A stretch of DNA of 35,611 bases. It comes from Octopus bimaculoides. Taxonomy: Eukaryota. This document shows, piece by piece, positions 22,084 to 34,132 of the stretch. The DNA is taken from NCBI RefSeq assembly GCF_001194135.2, contig NC_068981.1:112126615-112162225 (forward strand). Direction: 5' to 3'. The notes beneath the pieces were generated by a model that ran no database searches, was not told where the DNA came from, and saw only the letters and a program-made list of their open reading frames with translations. Both the position numbers and the translations under genes were made by a program. Position 1 is the stretch's first letter. Each line of letters opens with the position of its first letter.

Positions 22084-24190
22084 TTTTAAATGGTACTGCT
22101 TCATTATTATTATTTTAAATGGTACTGCTTCATTATTATTGTTCATCCTTCATTCGTTCTGTGTTTTTGTCCCCACTGTGGTGTTCTGCCTCTCCTTGTG
22201 TTGTCCCCTCTGTGTATAAGCCTGAGTACTTAGATAAAGAAAAGCGTTCATGCTAGTTCCACAGTTTGTGTGTTGATAGTTCAAAGTTTACAGTTTGAAT
22301 TAGTGTGTTGGATTGTTTCTTGAAAGATTGTTGGTATGTTCCATGTAGTTACTGCTGTCTGTTTCAATTATATTGTTATTACATTGTTGCAGTTTATTCG
22401 TTTATCCTTAAGGATATAACATCGAGGTAACAAGGATCGTTCAAAACTCATATAGGTTATTTGATAATTTCTGTGTCATGGAAAACCTATTAGCCGCAGT
22501 AGTACAGTTTCAAGAGAAGCAACAGGAACAACTACAGGAGTTTCAAAACAACAACAACTACTTGAGTTACAGTTGGTGAAGTCCAAAAATCCAGTAAGCT
22601 CGTTTACAGCAGATGGTGTGGCTAACACAATTTCTGAATTTACGTCTAATCCAGAGGAGGGTATTACATTTCCCATGTATTATAATAGATACGAGGAAAT
22701 TTTTAACGAGTGCAAGTCATGGTCAAAAGAACAGAAAGTAAGGGTTTTACTACACATGGTAACTTCTGCCAAACATGAGCATTACTGTAACTTTATTGTG
22801 CCCAAAAAGTCGAGTGAGATTGGTTTCCAAGTAACTGTGGATCTGCTTTCAAAAATTTTTTCTGATAAAAGTTCATTATTCAACACCAGAATGGAGTGTT
22901 GCAACTTAACAAAAGATGAAGAGGATGATTTTATCACTTATGCCAAAGTAGTCAGCTGTATGTGCGAAAGTTCTCACTCAGGATGGGCAAGGACTCTCAA
23001 AAATGGAGCAAGCAAACCAGGATTTATCTCTTCAGACCATCACAGAAGAATGTCAGACTATGGTAAATCTTAAACATGATGTGAAAAAAATACAAGACAA
23101 AGACTCTGCAAAAATTCAAATGTCGTCATCCCAGAAAGCACAGTAAAAAAAAAAAGTGTCAGGCCCCAATTGGTGTTATGATTGTGGAGGCCTACACTAC
23201 AAAAAGGATTGTCTTTTTAAAAACAAAAAGTGCTATAGTTGTCAGAAGCTGGGACACAGGAGTTCTCATTGTAGAACAAGACTACAAGGCTCAAGCACAA
23301 AAAGTTCTAAGGTGTTTTCAGCGGAGAGTGATTGCGATGGAAAAAACAAAAAAATCCGTGCACGTAAAAATAAATGATGTTAATACCAAATTACAGTTAG
23401 ACACAGGTAGTGACATCTTGATTATAAATGTAGATACTTGGGAAAAAATTGGTAATCTGAGATTACATAAAACAACGAAAATAGCACATGGTATAACAGG
23501 CAATAAATTACATTTTAGGGGCCAAACATGTATCAACGCCACATTTCGTGGAGATACACGTGAAGCAAAATTATTCGTTGTGTATAATACAATCAATCTG
23601 TTTGGCACAAATTGGTTAGAAGTATTTGATTTATGGCACCTCACCACAAATCTTTACTGCAATAATGTAAACGGTTGTCCTGTTAAAAACAAGTCTTCAG
23701 AAGAACTGAAGAAAACATTGAAAAGAATGAGAATGTTCCTGCAAGTGTTACCAAAGGTTTTAGGCCCATGTAGAAAGACAGAAGCCTATTTCCAAGTAAG
23801 TGAAAACACTATACCTGTATTTAATGCAAACAGAAAAGTACTGTTCATGGCAATTGAAACCATGAATAAAGAGTTGGACAAACTCGAAAAGGACTGAACG
23901 ACTGCTTAAAAACATACCACTGTCCACTCCCAAATGCAGATGATATGTTTTCAAAGTTAAATGGTGGGAAAATTTTTTCCAAATTAGATCTGTCTGAAGC
24001 CTATTTACAGATAAAAGTAAATGAAGAATGCTCAAAGTATTTGGCAATAAATATGCACAGGCGATAAATATGTACAGATACACACGATTACCTTTTGGAT
24101 TAAAAGTGGCACCAGCAATATTCCATCAAATCATGGATATTATGTTATCTGATGGTGAATTTGCAATACCATGGTTGGAAGGTATTTGAT
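22084..24190 (+). mobile_element. 3'-truncated, decayed Ty3/Gypsy LTR retrotransposon (putative 5' LTR ~22090-22421, gag, protease, partial RT)
   Basis: Putative LTR ends ...gatataaCA followed by a degenerate PBS-like tcgaggtaacaaggat. Gag from ATG 22478: F...PEEGITF..YYNRYEEIF...KVRVLL, SLFNTRMEC.NLTK..DDFITYA; two CCHC knuckles CYDCGGLHYKKDC and CYSCQKLGHRSSHC. Protease LDTGSDI. RT KIFSKLDLSEAYLQI and RLPFGLKVAPAIF, with an internal deletion near 23895. No integrase or 3' LTR seen. Confidence 0.88.
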
Positions 24191-24342
24191 CAAGAAAATT
24201 CAAATATCATGACAAATTGTTTTGTAACTTAAAGGATGTAAAGATAATTTATTTCATTATATTTAATAATGAATAATTACGGAGATGTACTTGCATAGCA
24301 AGTGATCTGATCTGAGATCATGTGCTGGAATGAAAACAATTG

Positions 24343-24667
24343 CAGCGTGGAAGGTGTTTATAAGCTATTTAAGAAATTCACAAAAACCATTAGATTCACT
24401 TTAACATTTAAATTTAATTTGCCAAAATATTTTCGTCACTTTCAGACCACAATCTGTTCACTGACAAAATTCTGTGCTGCATCTTGGAATTTTGAGGCTG
24501 CTACTTGTTCACTGACAAAATTTCGTGCTGCATCTCAAAATTTCGTCAGTAAACAGGTCGCGGTCTCAAAGCAACGAAAATATTTTGGCAAATTAAATTT
24601 CAATGTTGAAGTGAATCTAATGGTATTTGTTTGTTTCTTAAATGGCTTATAAACACCTTCCACGCTG
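24343..24667. mobile_element. Tc1/mariner-type MITE, near-palindromic, with ~130 bp arms
   Basis: cagcgtggaaggtgtttataagc.atttaagaaa... at the left mirrors ...tttcttaaatggcttataaacaccttccacgctg at the right. Right flank TA; left flank TG (possibly a mutated TA). Confidence 0.88.
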
Positions 24668-24918
24668 TAATAAAAAATAAATAAATAAATAAATTACTTA
24701 CATGTCTGCAATAATACAAAAAAATCCGTTAAAACAATACAGAAATTAAGCTACGTTTTCAGGTGAAAGAAAACTAGTTAAATACTAAAGTCTCCATATA
24801 ACATTTCAAGAATTCAAAGTCAGTATTTAGATAGGATGTTAAAACTTATGGAAGACAATAATAATAAAATCAATATAAAATAATATGGCGAGTATCTAAC
24901 AAATGGAAGGGAGTTTTA

Positions 24919-25406
24919 GTAATATAATTAAAAAGTAACTAATATGTCTTATTAGTATAATAAAAGAAGAGTGATATATTTATTTCTAAAAATCTAGAAA
25001 ATAAAAGTTCATAAAAATAGAGAAAAAAGTAATAACAACAAACTGAAACTAAATGAAAGTATTTAGAGACAATGTTTATGAAATATATGGATTGATATCA
25101 AGAGTAATATGAGCAATATCAAATTTTTTAAATTTCAGAAATTTGAAGATAAAGGTAAAAAAATTTTTTTCAATTCAAAACAAGTATGGAAGACAATGAG
25201 AATGAAATTAATATAAATTAATAAGACAGTTTTCTAAGAGCAGAAGGGAGATTATTAAGAAATAATTATTAGATAGTTTTGGTAGAAGAGGAAAATGATA
25301 TATTTACCTTTCATAGAGATAGTTTACAAAATATAGAGTTTGATATCAACAAGAAAAATATGAACAACATTAAATTAAAGATTAGAGGTTCAAATATATA
25401 AGCAAA
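24919..25406 (+). repeat. Copy A of an unclassified AT-rich, C-poor unit; copy B is 26341-26359 plus 31551-32025
   Basis: 25172-25406 is identical by eye to 31791-32025. 24958-25171 is similar but diverged from 31582-31790. 24919-24937 is identical to 26341-26359. Confidence 0.9.
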
Positions 25407-26943
25407 TAGAGAATAAGTTGTAACATAGGATAAGATTATTATAATTTAGTATTATAGATTGGGATAGATTAAGGCATATAAGATAAATATATGGAAAAGC
25501 AACATATTAATTGCATTCATTAAAATATTGTTTAAAATACATAGTTATACTATGGGTTGATACTGAAAAATATTTTTATACCTATACATCATATAAACAT
25601 TGTTAGTATCTGAATAATTTCAAAGTATGAATTATCAATTATATTCAAGATGGTAGAATTGACTATATAAATAGTTAAATAATAGTATTAGGGGTATAAA
25701 TAATTATTATTAGTAAGAAGTGAAATAATAATAGAAATAAGACAATAGAAAAATAATCACACACACACACCTGTGTCACTAATGTTAGTTGGAAGGAATG
25801 TCTCCTATATGTAACGTGTTAAAATTGTAACATAATGTGTGTAGTTAGCATTTTTTTAAAGACAGTTCATAGAAAGAATCCATTTTCAGTGATTTCTTAA
25901 AGAGACGTGAATAAAGAATATTCAGAAGGCAAGTTTATAAAACAAAAACATTGAGATTTATTCAGTAGTGTAATGAGTGCTAGCAAGTGGTAACAAGGAT
26001 TAATCTTGCATATGAATGGGAACCAAATATATGTGTATGCAAGACAGGGGGAAAAATCACATAACTTGCAATATACACTGAGGTTTATATGAAGCAGAGT
26101 GGAAGCTGATATTAATCAAGTGAGTTGTGTGTATATGGTGGTGGACACAGAAAATATGGTATGTCGAAGAAAGTGATGTTGCTTCTATGCATTCAAATCC
26201 ACAATTGCTAAAGCTATTCCAAAAAGGTGTGCGATACTGCTGGGCAGAAGTTGCTACTTGTATTATTACACCTCCAGCTCTAGTTGGTTGGAGTCTGCCA
26301 AAGTCACAGTAACAAAATAGACCTTTCCTGTCTTGCTACAGTAATATAATTAAAAAGTACTCTCAGGTCCCAAATAATAGGGGATGTTGGAATAAANNNN
26401 NNNNNNNNNNNNNNNNNNNNNNNNNNNNNNNNNNNNNNNNNNNNNNNNNNNNNNNNNNNNNNNNNNNNNNNNNNNNNNNNNNNNNNNNNNNNNNNNNNNN
26501 NNNNTTATTTACTCTCAGGTCCCAAGTAATAGGGGTGGGGTACTGGAATAAGTGAGTGGGTTGGACATTTGCTTAAATTCATATAAATGAATGGGTTGGA
26601 ATAAATGGGGGTGGGTGAGAATCAGTTACTGTATAGTGTATGTACGAAAACTAGGAAAAAAAAGCATCTTAAAGCACATATAATGACACAACAAGGCAAA
26701 AGAATTTAACAAGATGCAAGTAAAATTAGCACATACGTGTGCTTCAAATGTTCCTTTCAGTTAAGATATACATTTGGATAATAAAAATAAGACATTAGTT
26801 AATTATGGTATTTATGGGATTTTTTAAAAAGCTGTGAACTAAACAGATACTGATACAAGGAACATATTCTAAAGAGAAAGAAAAGCAAAACAATGAAAAG
26901 AGTATAATTACCATTTCGTGAATTTGCTGTATTTATTGTACTA

Positions 26944-26969
26944 TCTATATATATAAAAATGAGAATGTG

Positions 26970-27000
<31 letters not shown>

Positions 27001-28453
27001 GTTAATCCCTAAAACTCGAGAACTACGCAACCAATTTCATTCAAATTTTACAGATGTCTTACTTAGGGTTCCAGTTGTGTTTTAGTCAAAAAAAAATTTT
27101 AACTTCTTCCAGAGTTCGAGCCCACAGCAACATAATATCTCCTCCACTATTTAAGTATTACATGTCAAAAGTGAAACAAAAACACTCATGTCAAATACTT
27201 TCACTTTAAAAATGAAACTATTCTACTAACTGAAACAATCACATTTCGATACTGTAATGACAGATACTTTCACGGAGAGAGAAAGAGAGAAAGANNNNNN
27301 NNNNNNNNNNNNNNNNNNNNNNNNNNNNNNNNNNNNNNNNNNNNNNNNNNNNNNNNNNNNNNNNNNNNNNNNNNNNNNNNNNNNNNNNNNNNNNNNNNNN
27401 NNNNNNNNNNNNNNNNNNNNNNNNNNNNNNNNNNNNNNNNNNNNNNNNNNNNNNNNNNNNNNNNNNNNNNNNNNNNNNNNNNNNNNNNNNNNNNNNNNNN
27501 NNNNNNNNNNNNNNNNNNNNNNNNNNNNNNNNNNNNNNNNNNNNNNNNNNNNNNNNNNNNNNNNNNNNNNNNNNNNNNNNNNNNNNNNNNNNNNNNNNNN
27601 NNNNNNNNNNNNNNNNNNNNNNNNNNNNNNNNNNNNNNNNNNNNNNNNNNNNNNNNNNNNNNNNNNNNNNNNNNNNNNNNNNNNNNNNNNNNNNNNNNNN
27701 NNNNNNNNNNNNNNNNNNNNNNNNNNNNNNNNNNNNNNNNNNNNNNNNNNNNNNNNNNNNNNNNNNNNNNNNNNNNNNNNNNNNNNNNNNNNNNNNNNNN
27801 NNNNNNNNNNNNNNNNNNNNNNNNNNNNNNNNNNNNNNNNNNNNNNNNNNNNNNNNNNNNNNNNNNNNNNNNNNNNNNNNNNNNNNNNNNNNNNNNNNNN
27901 NNNNNNNNNNNNNNNNNNNNNNNNNNNNNNNNNNNNNNNNNNNNNNNNNNNNNNNNNNNNNNNNNNNNNNNNNNNNNNNNNNNNNNNNNNNNNNNNNNNN
28001 NNNNNNNNNNNNNNNNNNNNNNNNNNNNNNNNNNNNNNNNNNNNNNNNNNNNNNNNNNNNNNNNNGTGTAAGACTACCCTTTCAGATATACTTTCATTGT
28101 GATTTCTGCAATGTGGTGCATAAATTGTCAAGTAAATGAGACGCATCTTTGCCTCCACTGATTCACTTGCAAAGTGTTGAGTAAAATTATTTCGTTGCAG
28201 ACCTCCTTTGGGTCTTTTTATTATCACTACGACACACATAGTCCCCAGTTGGTAACATTGATTTCAAGGCCCTCCTAGATGAGAGACTGGCATTCCACTT
28301 AATGTCTATGTTCCATGCTGGCATGGATTGGAGAGTTATTAATGTAGAAATATGGTATCGTAGCTACTAACAGTTGAGGGTTGCGTAGTCTAGACGGCGT
28401 TTTTAGATTTCATTATTCTCTTTAACCCGGGCAAAGCCGGGTATTTCTGCTAG
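26944..28453 (+). mobile_element. Non-autonomous Helitron inserted in the pogo-like element (spans a gap)
   Basis: 5' A|TCtatatatataaaaatgagaatg followed by (CTGT)n. 3' GC-rich hairpin acccgg-gcaaag-ccgggt (28425-28442), 7 nt, then CTAG|T. A-T target with no TSD: all canonical Helitron hallmarks. Confidence 0.82.
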
Positions 28454-28598
28454 TACATAATAAAACATAGCACTCTGTAAATAGGTATAAATGATAGAGT
28501 CATGATTTTTCGTCACTGTCTTTCTGCAAGTTTCTCGGTTTTGATATTTACTTCTTTATGGATTGCCAAACTTCACTGACAGTTGACATGAGTTTGCT

Positions 28599-30386
28599 TC
28601 AATATGGCAAGAAAGGTGTAGAGGTCTTCTTTTCATCGAACACTTTCTGTATTTTTTCAAGGAAAAGGGCATCTTTATTAACCTGATCATAACTGCTGAT
28701 TCCTACAAGAGAGATAGAGCTTCCTGTCATCATGTTTGGCTGACTGTGCTTTGACTCCTGCAAAACCTCCATGGGGGTTTCTCCAGATGGGTCAATCACT
28801 TCCAAAAGATTCCCAGATGGCTCACTTTCATTTTCCGACTCACTTTCAGCAGCTTTTTCCTCAATGCTGTCGCCATCAAATAGTTCTGAGCCTTCAGTAT
28901 TGTTTGCACGCTTGACTCCTTTCGGTGGAATTAAGTTCTTAATGACTCTCTGAATAATATTTGGGTAGGGTTTTGACATCATCTATAGATGAAACTCGCA
29001 TTGACGGACCAATGAGATGCATGATTCGATCTAACACCTTATAATCTTCAGAGTCATCGAAAGTGTTTGTGGCCCATGTCGACTTGAAAGCAGCTTTGAC
29101 ATTAATCTTGCAATCTACATGTGCTTGATGTAGCATTTGCATCATCTCAGGTTGATTGAGCATGAGTGTTTTATTCGGAATTTGAACTAACTTTCCTAGC
29201 GTCTTTGCTTTCTCTATCTCACGATATTTTGCTTGCAAGTGCATGTCATTAATTTGAACAAATCTGGTGACACCACCATTGATGATGACTAGCACATAAC
29301 CCATTTTCCAGAGAGTGTCTCACCTCCAACATCAAATGCACCATGTAATCACCACGCAAATAAATGATGATGTTTGCATGTGAAAACATTGAATCGGTTT
29401 GGAAAGTTTTCAATAGTACTCTATAAGAACCTTTAGGAGACCATTGATATTTCATTGTAGGCAAGGCATTTAGTAGTGGTGGTCTTTTTCCAGTTCTTTT
29501 AAATACAGACTCTGGGATAAGATTGATTTCGGTATCATTGCTAACCTGGGTGAACACTGATACATTCCCTAGACAAATGGTGGTTTTTTTTTGACGAACA
29601 TATCTTGATTTCTGAATGATAAGGTAGCTTGTCTGCTACTTTCATTCTGTTGCAAGGGCATTTGATCTCCATTGATAATTAGGAGGATCTACACCAAATT
29701 TGTCAAGGAAATAATGACACACATTCCATATGTTCTTCAAATAATCCTGAATGCACTCAACACATTGCTCTTTGGAGATTGAAATGCGTTTGTTTGGAAA
29801 TTTCAGTGATACCCCATACTCTTTTTTCCAACCTTTTGTTCAGCTTTATGAAAAATAAAGCTTTTCCTCAGTTGGTGTGTTTGGATGCTGGCAAATCCTC
29901 CACTCCTCATAAAATTTTTCAGCCTGTAATAGGAAAAGAGTTTGTGGTAATCTCGCATGCAGCGATGTTCTAACATCCACAAACCATTCAAACAAAGCGT
30001 CTCTCTTACCTGGTGCTTTTGTTTTACAACCTCTTCCAATGACTCTGAAAGGTTTTTGGGGATTTTTTTCAGCACTGTCAAGTTCGCCTTTCAGATATTT
30101 TTCATAGCCACGTTTGGCTACTTTAACAGCAGAATCAAATAGTCGATCAAAGTTTTTGACACTAGCCAAATTCAAGTAAAACAAATGAACTGCTTTGGCA
30201 AGATATCCATTTCGGAGCGTCTGGGACATGGTGTTTCCTTTTAGCATCCTAATAAGTTCTCCCTTTCATTTGCTCTAATTCAGAATCATACTCCTTGTAT
30301 TTGTTCACCATGATAACAAGTACTTAGTTTTCTTCTACAGAATAATTTTCATATGTCTCACCACGAAATACTTTTCTCTCTGCCAT
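28599..30386 (-). pseudogene. pogo-family transposase pseudogene (CENP-B-type HTH plus DDD domain), multiple frameshifts and stops
   Basis: ATG 30386 MAERKVFRG. HTH-like GRGCKTKAPGKRDALFEWFVDVRTSLHARLP..LF..QAEKFYEEW. DDD-region motifs INGDQMPL, QWSPKGSYR, RGDYMVH (LDDY..H-like), GGVTRFVQINDMHL. Acidic C-terminal tail ending ...STPFLPY* at 28599. Confidence 0.8.
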
Positions 30387-30944
30387 GATGTTATGAAAAA
30401 TGTTCAAAGAGAAATTGCTTGAGTCTTGTTGATGTTGTTACATCCTTATTCTGTAAAAAGCTTGTCCTGTAATGATAAACAATTCGTTATTGAAGTGCTT
30501 AGTTTGCGTGGAATTTGTGTTGGTCATTGGTAGAGAAATTGGAAATGAAGATTTGTTGACTACAGTGTGGAATAGCAGTACACTCATATGTATGTTACAG
30601 ACTGGGGCAGTTGTCCAGCCTCAAGTTTTATAAACTCTGGCTGGTTGTAAAGCATATTTTCTGACAAGTTCCTTGTTTTCTGTGTCCTGAAGTAGGTGTG
30701 TTGTATTGATCTTCTTACAGTTGAAGGTTATCAATGCCCTAAAATGTGGAAGGGTCACCCGCATGAACGTTGGCTACATATACTGTGGATAAATATTTTT
30801 CTTCCATGTGTTATGAAAACAAATTGAACACTCCAGGTTTTCTTCACATTCAAATAATAATGAATTCCTCAGAGTTTGTTCTTTTGTACTAGTAACAGGA
30901 GTCAGTTTAATCGACTTTCCCCTTCCCTTTACATTGCTAGCCTT

Positions 30945-31145
30945 GTGCCTAAGCATCAGGCAATGTGCCTTGCAGCATAGAGTTATGACCCATTATATTC
31001 TGAGTTCAATCCTGCTGAAGTTGCTTTACCTTTCATCTCTACAGGGTCGATAAAATAAAAGCATCAGTAATGTACTGGGCGGCTTTAGTCCACTTGTCCC
31101 TCCCCACAAATTGTTGGCCTTGTGCCTAAATGAGAAATCATTGTT
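30945..31145 (+). mobile_element. Degenerate tRNA-derived SINE inside the pogo element 5' region
   Basis: tctgagttcaatcctgctgaagttgctttacctttcatctctacagggtcgataaaataa (B-box-like gagttcaatcc), ending ggccttgtgcctaaatgagaaatcatt. Confidence 0.6.
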
Positions 31146-32966
31146 TAAAATTTTCTAGGCTGTCACCCTTGATTTTTTTCTAAAACCAGAATTAGTTATC
31201 TAGTTTATAGATCCTATTTATTTTATAACATTTGGTATTATTTGTAATGTTTTTTTTTTTTTGTCGTTTATATACAATGCTTTTAACGTAAAATAAAATT
31301 ATTAGATTCTCCAGTATCAATATGAATAGCTTACAATAAGATTTTACTGGAGCTAGATAAGCAAAATTTGATAAGGGGTGAGGGTTGGAATAAAAGCAGG
31401 GTAGGATGGATGGGTGGATCTTAAAAATTAATAATTGTGGTGCAAAAAATCTGAAAAATTAATAAGTGGAGGTATTGGAATAAAAATGGGGTATGTGGAA
31501 AAAATCTGAAAAATTAATTAAGGTGAAGTAGATTATTCAAGACCCCAGAGTAACTAGTAAAAAAAAATTGATATATTTATAAATAAAAGAAAAGTGATAT
31601 ATTTATTACTAAAAATCTAGAATATAAAAGATTGTGAAAATAGAGAAAGAAAATAACAACAAACTGAAACTAAATGAAAGTATTTAGAGACAATGTTTAT
31701 GAAATATATGGATTTATCAAGAGTACTATGAGCAATATCAAATTTTTTAAATTTCAGAAATTTGAAGATAGAGGTAAATATTGTTTTTAAAATTCAAAAC
31801 AAGTATGGAAGACAATGAGAATGAAATTAATATAAATTAATAAGACAGTTTTCTAAGAGCAGAAGGGAGATTATTAAGAAATAATTATTAGATAGTTTTG
31901 GTAGAAGAGGAAAATGATATATTTACCTTTCATAGAGATAGTTTACAAAATATAGAGTTTGATATCAACAAGAAAAATATGAACAACATTAAATTAAAGA
32001 TTAGAGGTTCAAATATATAAGCAAANNNNNNNNNNNNNNNNNNNNNNNNNNNNNNNNNNNNNNNNNNNNNNNNNNNNNNNNNNNNNNNNNNNNNNNNNNN
32101 NNNNNNNNNNNNNNNNNNNNNNNNNNNNNNNNNNNNNNNNNNNNNNNNNNNNNNNNNNNNNNNNNNNNNNNNNNNNNNNNNNNNNNNNNNNNNNNNNNNN
32201 NNNNNNNNNNNNNNNNNNNNNNNNNNNNNNNNNNNNNNNNNNNNNNNNNNNNNNNNNNNNNNNNNNNNNNNNNNNNNNNNNNNNNNNNNNNNNNNNNNNN
32301 NNNNNNNNNNNNNNNNNNNNNNNNNNNNNNNNNNNNNNNNNNNNNNNNNNNNNNNNNNNNNNNNNNNNNNNNNNNNNNNNNNNNNNNNNNNNNNNNNNNN
32401 NNNNNNNNNNNNNNNNNNNNNNNNNNNNNNNNNNNNNNNNNNNNNNNNNNNNNNNNNNNNNNNNNNNNNNNNNNNNNNNNNNNNNNNNNNNNNNNNNNNN
32501 NNNNNNNNNNNNNNNNNNNNNNNNNNNNNNNNNNNNNNNNNNNNNNNNNNNNNNNNNNNNNNNNNNNNNNNNNNNNNNNNNNNNNNNNNNNNNNNNNNNN
32601 NNNNNNNNNNNNNNNNNNNNNNNNNNNNNNNNNNNNNNNNNNNNNNNNNNNNNNNNNNNNNNNNNNNNNNNNNNNNNNNNNNNNNNNNNNNNNNNNNNNN
32701 NNNNNNNNNNNNNNNNNNNNNNNNNNNNNNNNNNNNNNNNNNNNNNNNNNNNNNNNNNNNNNNNNNNNNNNNNNNNNNNNNNNNNNNNNNNNNNNNNNNN
32801 NNNNNNNNNNNNNNNNNNNNNNNNNNNNNNNNNNNNNNNNNNNNNNNNNNNNNNNNNNNNNNNNNNNNNNNNNNNNNNNNNNNNNNNNNNNNNNNNNNNN
32901 NNNNNNNNNNNNNNNNNNNNNNNNNNNNNNNNNNNNNNNNNNNNNNNNNNNNNNNNNNNNNNNNNN

Positions 32967-33700
32967 ACATCAAAATACACAGACGCATATGCACAGACAA
33001 TCTACGTATATATAGGTATATATTTGCAAGGCACAAATATATGCATGAATACAAATTTATACACATATACATACACATGCATTTAAGTTTGCACATGAAA
33101 AAACTTATGCGCTGGTAACAAAAATTGTATCTTAAGCTATGGAGTGGAGGGGTAAAGAGTAACGTATCTATAATAACGTTATTAATATAGAAAGGGGGGG
33201 AAAATGTGGTTGTCATGAGGAAGGAAAGGAAGAAAGAAAAAGAAAAAGAAAGAAAGACAGAAAAGGAAGAAAAGCAAGAAAGGTGCGAATGGTAAGAAAG
33301 AAGTAGAGAGAGAAAATGAGCAAGAACGCATGTATATAGTAAACCTACATAAAATTTAGATTGCGTATATATGTGTATACAAAAATGTATATAGCATCAC
33401 GTATATGGATACATATGTTGAATATGTACGCAAATACTCACGAACATAACCGTATACATGTGTATGTACACATTCAAGTATGTGTGAGTGTGAACCTAAG
33501 CGCACATTCCCATATATAACATAGATGCACACATGCGAATAGATGCATGTATGTGTAAATAAATATAAGCATATACTCTTACCCATGTATACACAAAAAC
33601 GTACATGCACAAAATCATAACTGCATATGCACAAGTGCAAGCCCAGGCCCTATATGTAAGCGCAGACGCACGCATATGAATACGTAAGTGTTGTTACAAT
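32967..33700. repeat. Low-complexity CA/TA-rich tracts with a purine-rich (GA/GAAA) block at ~33215-33325
   Basis: Direct reading; the ORFs here are compositional artefacts. Confidence 0.8.
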
Positions 33701-34096
33701 ACAGACATCTACATAAAAAATCCCTTTTAGATCTCAGCGTATATATGCAGACAACTTCTTAAGAAACCGCCGGGTTTTACAATATGTATTTTGATATTTT
33801 TTAAAAAATAGGATGAATCTATATTAAATTCATTTGTTTTGTTCATTACGCATCCATGACCGTTATTTGAAACGACCAATCAAACGGATCCATGTGTTTT
33901 AAATTTGATATCACTTTTGATTGCATTGTTATTCCTTTCCCATTTCTAACAAAACTGTCCGATGAACAGGAACGTGAAACTCAGAGTAACAGTCTTTTGT
34001 TATATTTCTGCTGCTTTTAAATAAAACATATTACTCTACCTCTGGTATTTGAGTACTCTTTTTTCCACCTTGTTGCACATTTCATGTGCTTACTCC

Positions 34097-34130
<34 letters not shown>

Positions 34131-34132
<2 letters not shown>

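Larger units (their letters stand above)
26360..31550 (-). mobile_element. pogo-like (IS630/Tc1/mariner superfamily) DNA transposon, decayed, with TA target duplication and nested insertions
   Basis: Left TA|ctctcaggtcccaaataat and right attattcaagaccccagag|TA are imperfect TIRs. Encloses a transposase pseudogene on the minus strand. Confidence 0.78.

Noticed and set aside
24320-24652. 110-aa ORF
   Set aside because: Lies within the palindromic MITE; the repeated TKF.AAS peptide reflects the DNA repeat.
24670-25740. AT-rich tract as the missing ORF2 of the Tx1-like element
   Set aside because: Strand bias fits, but I found no endonuclease or RT motifs in any frame; left unassigned.
28599-30386. 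Domesticated pogo/CENP-B-like host gene
   Set aside because: Multiple stops and frameshifts, an altered catalytic motif and retained TIRs indicate a dead transposon copy.
19533-33216. Long ORFs in the track (320, 285, 289, 337, 281, 428, 323 aa)
   Set aside because: They are mostly X residues produced by translating N gaps; not evidence of genes.
33740-34098. Segment resembling an octopus non-autonomous DNA element ending ...ttactccggTA(TA)n
   Set aside because: No matching second terminus in the window, so it cannot be supported from this sequence alone.
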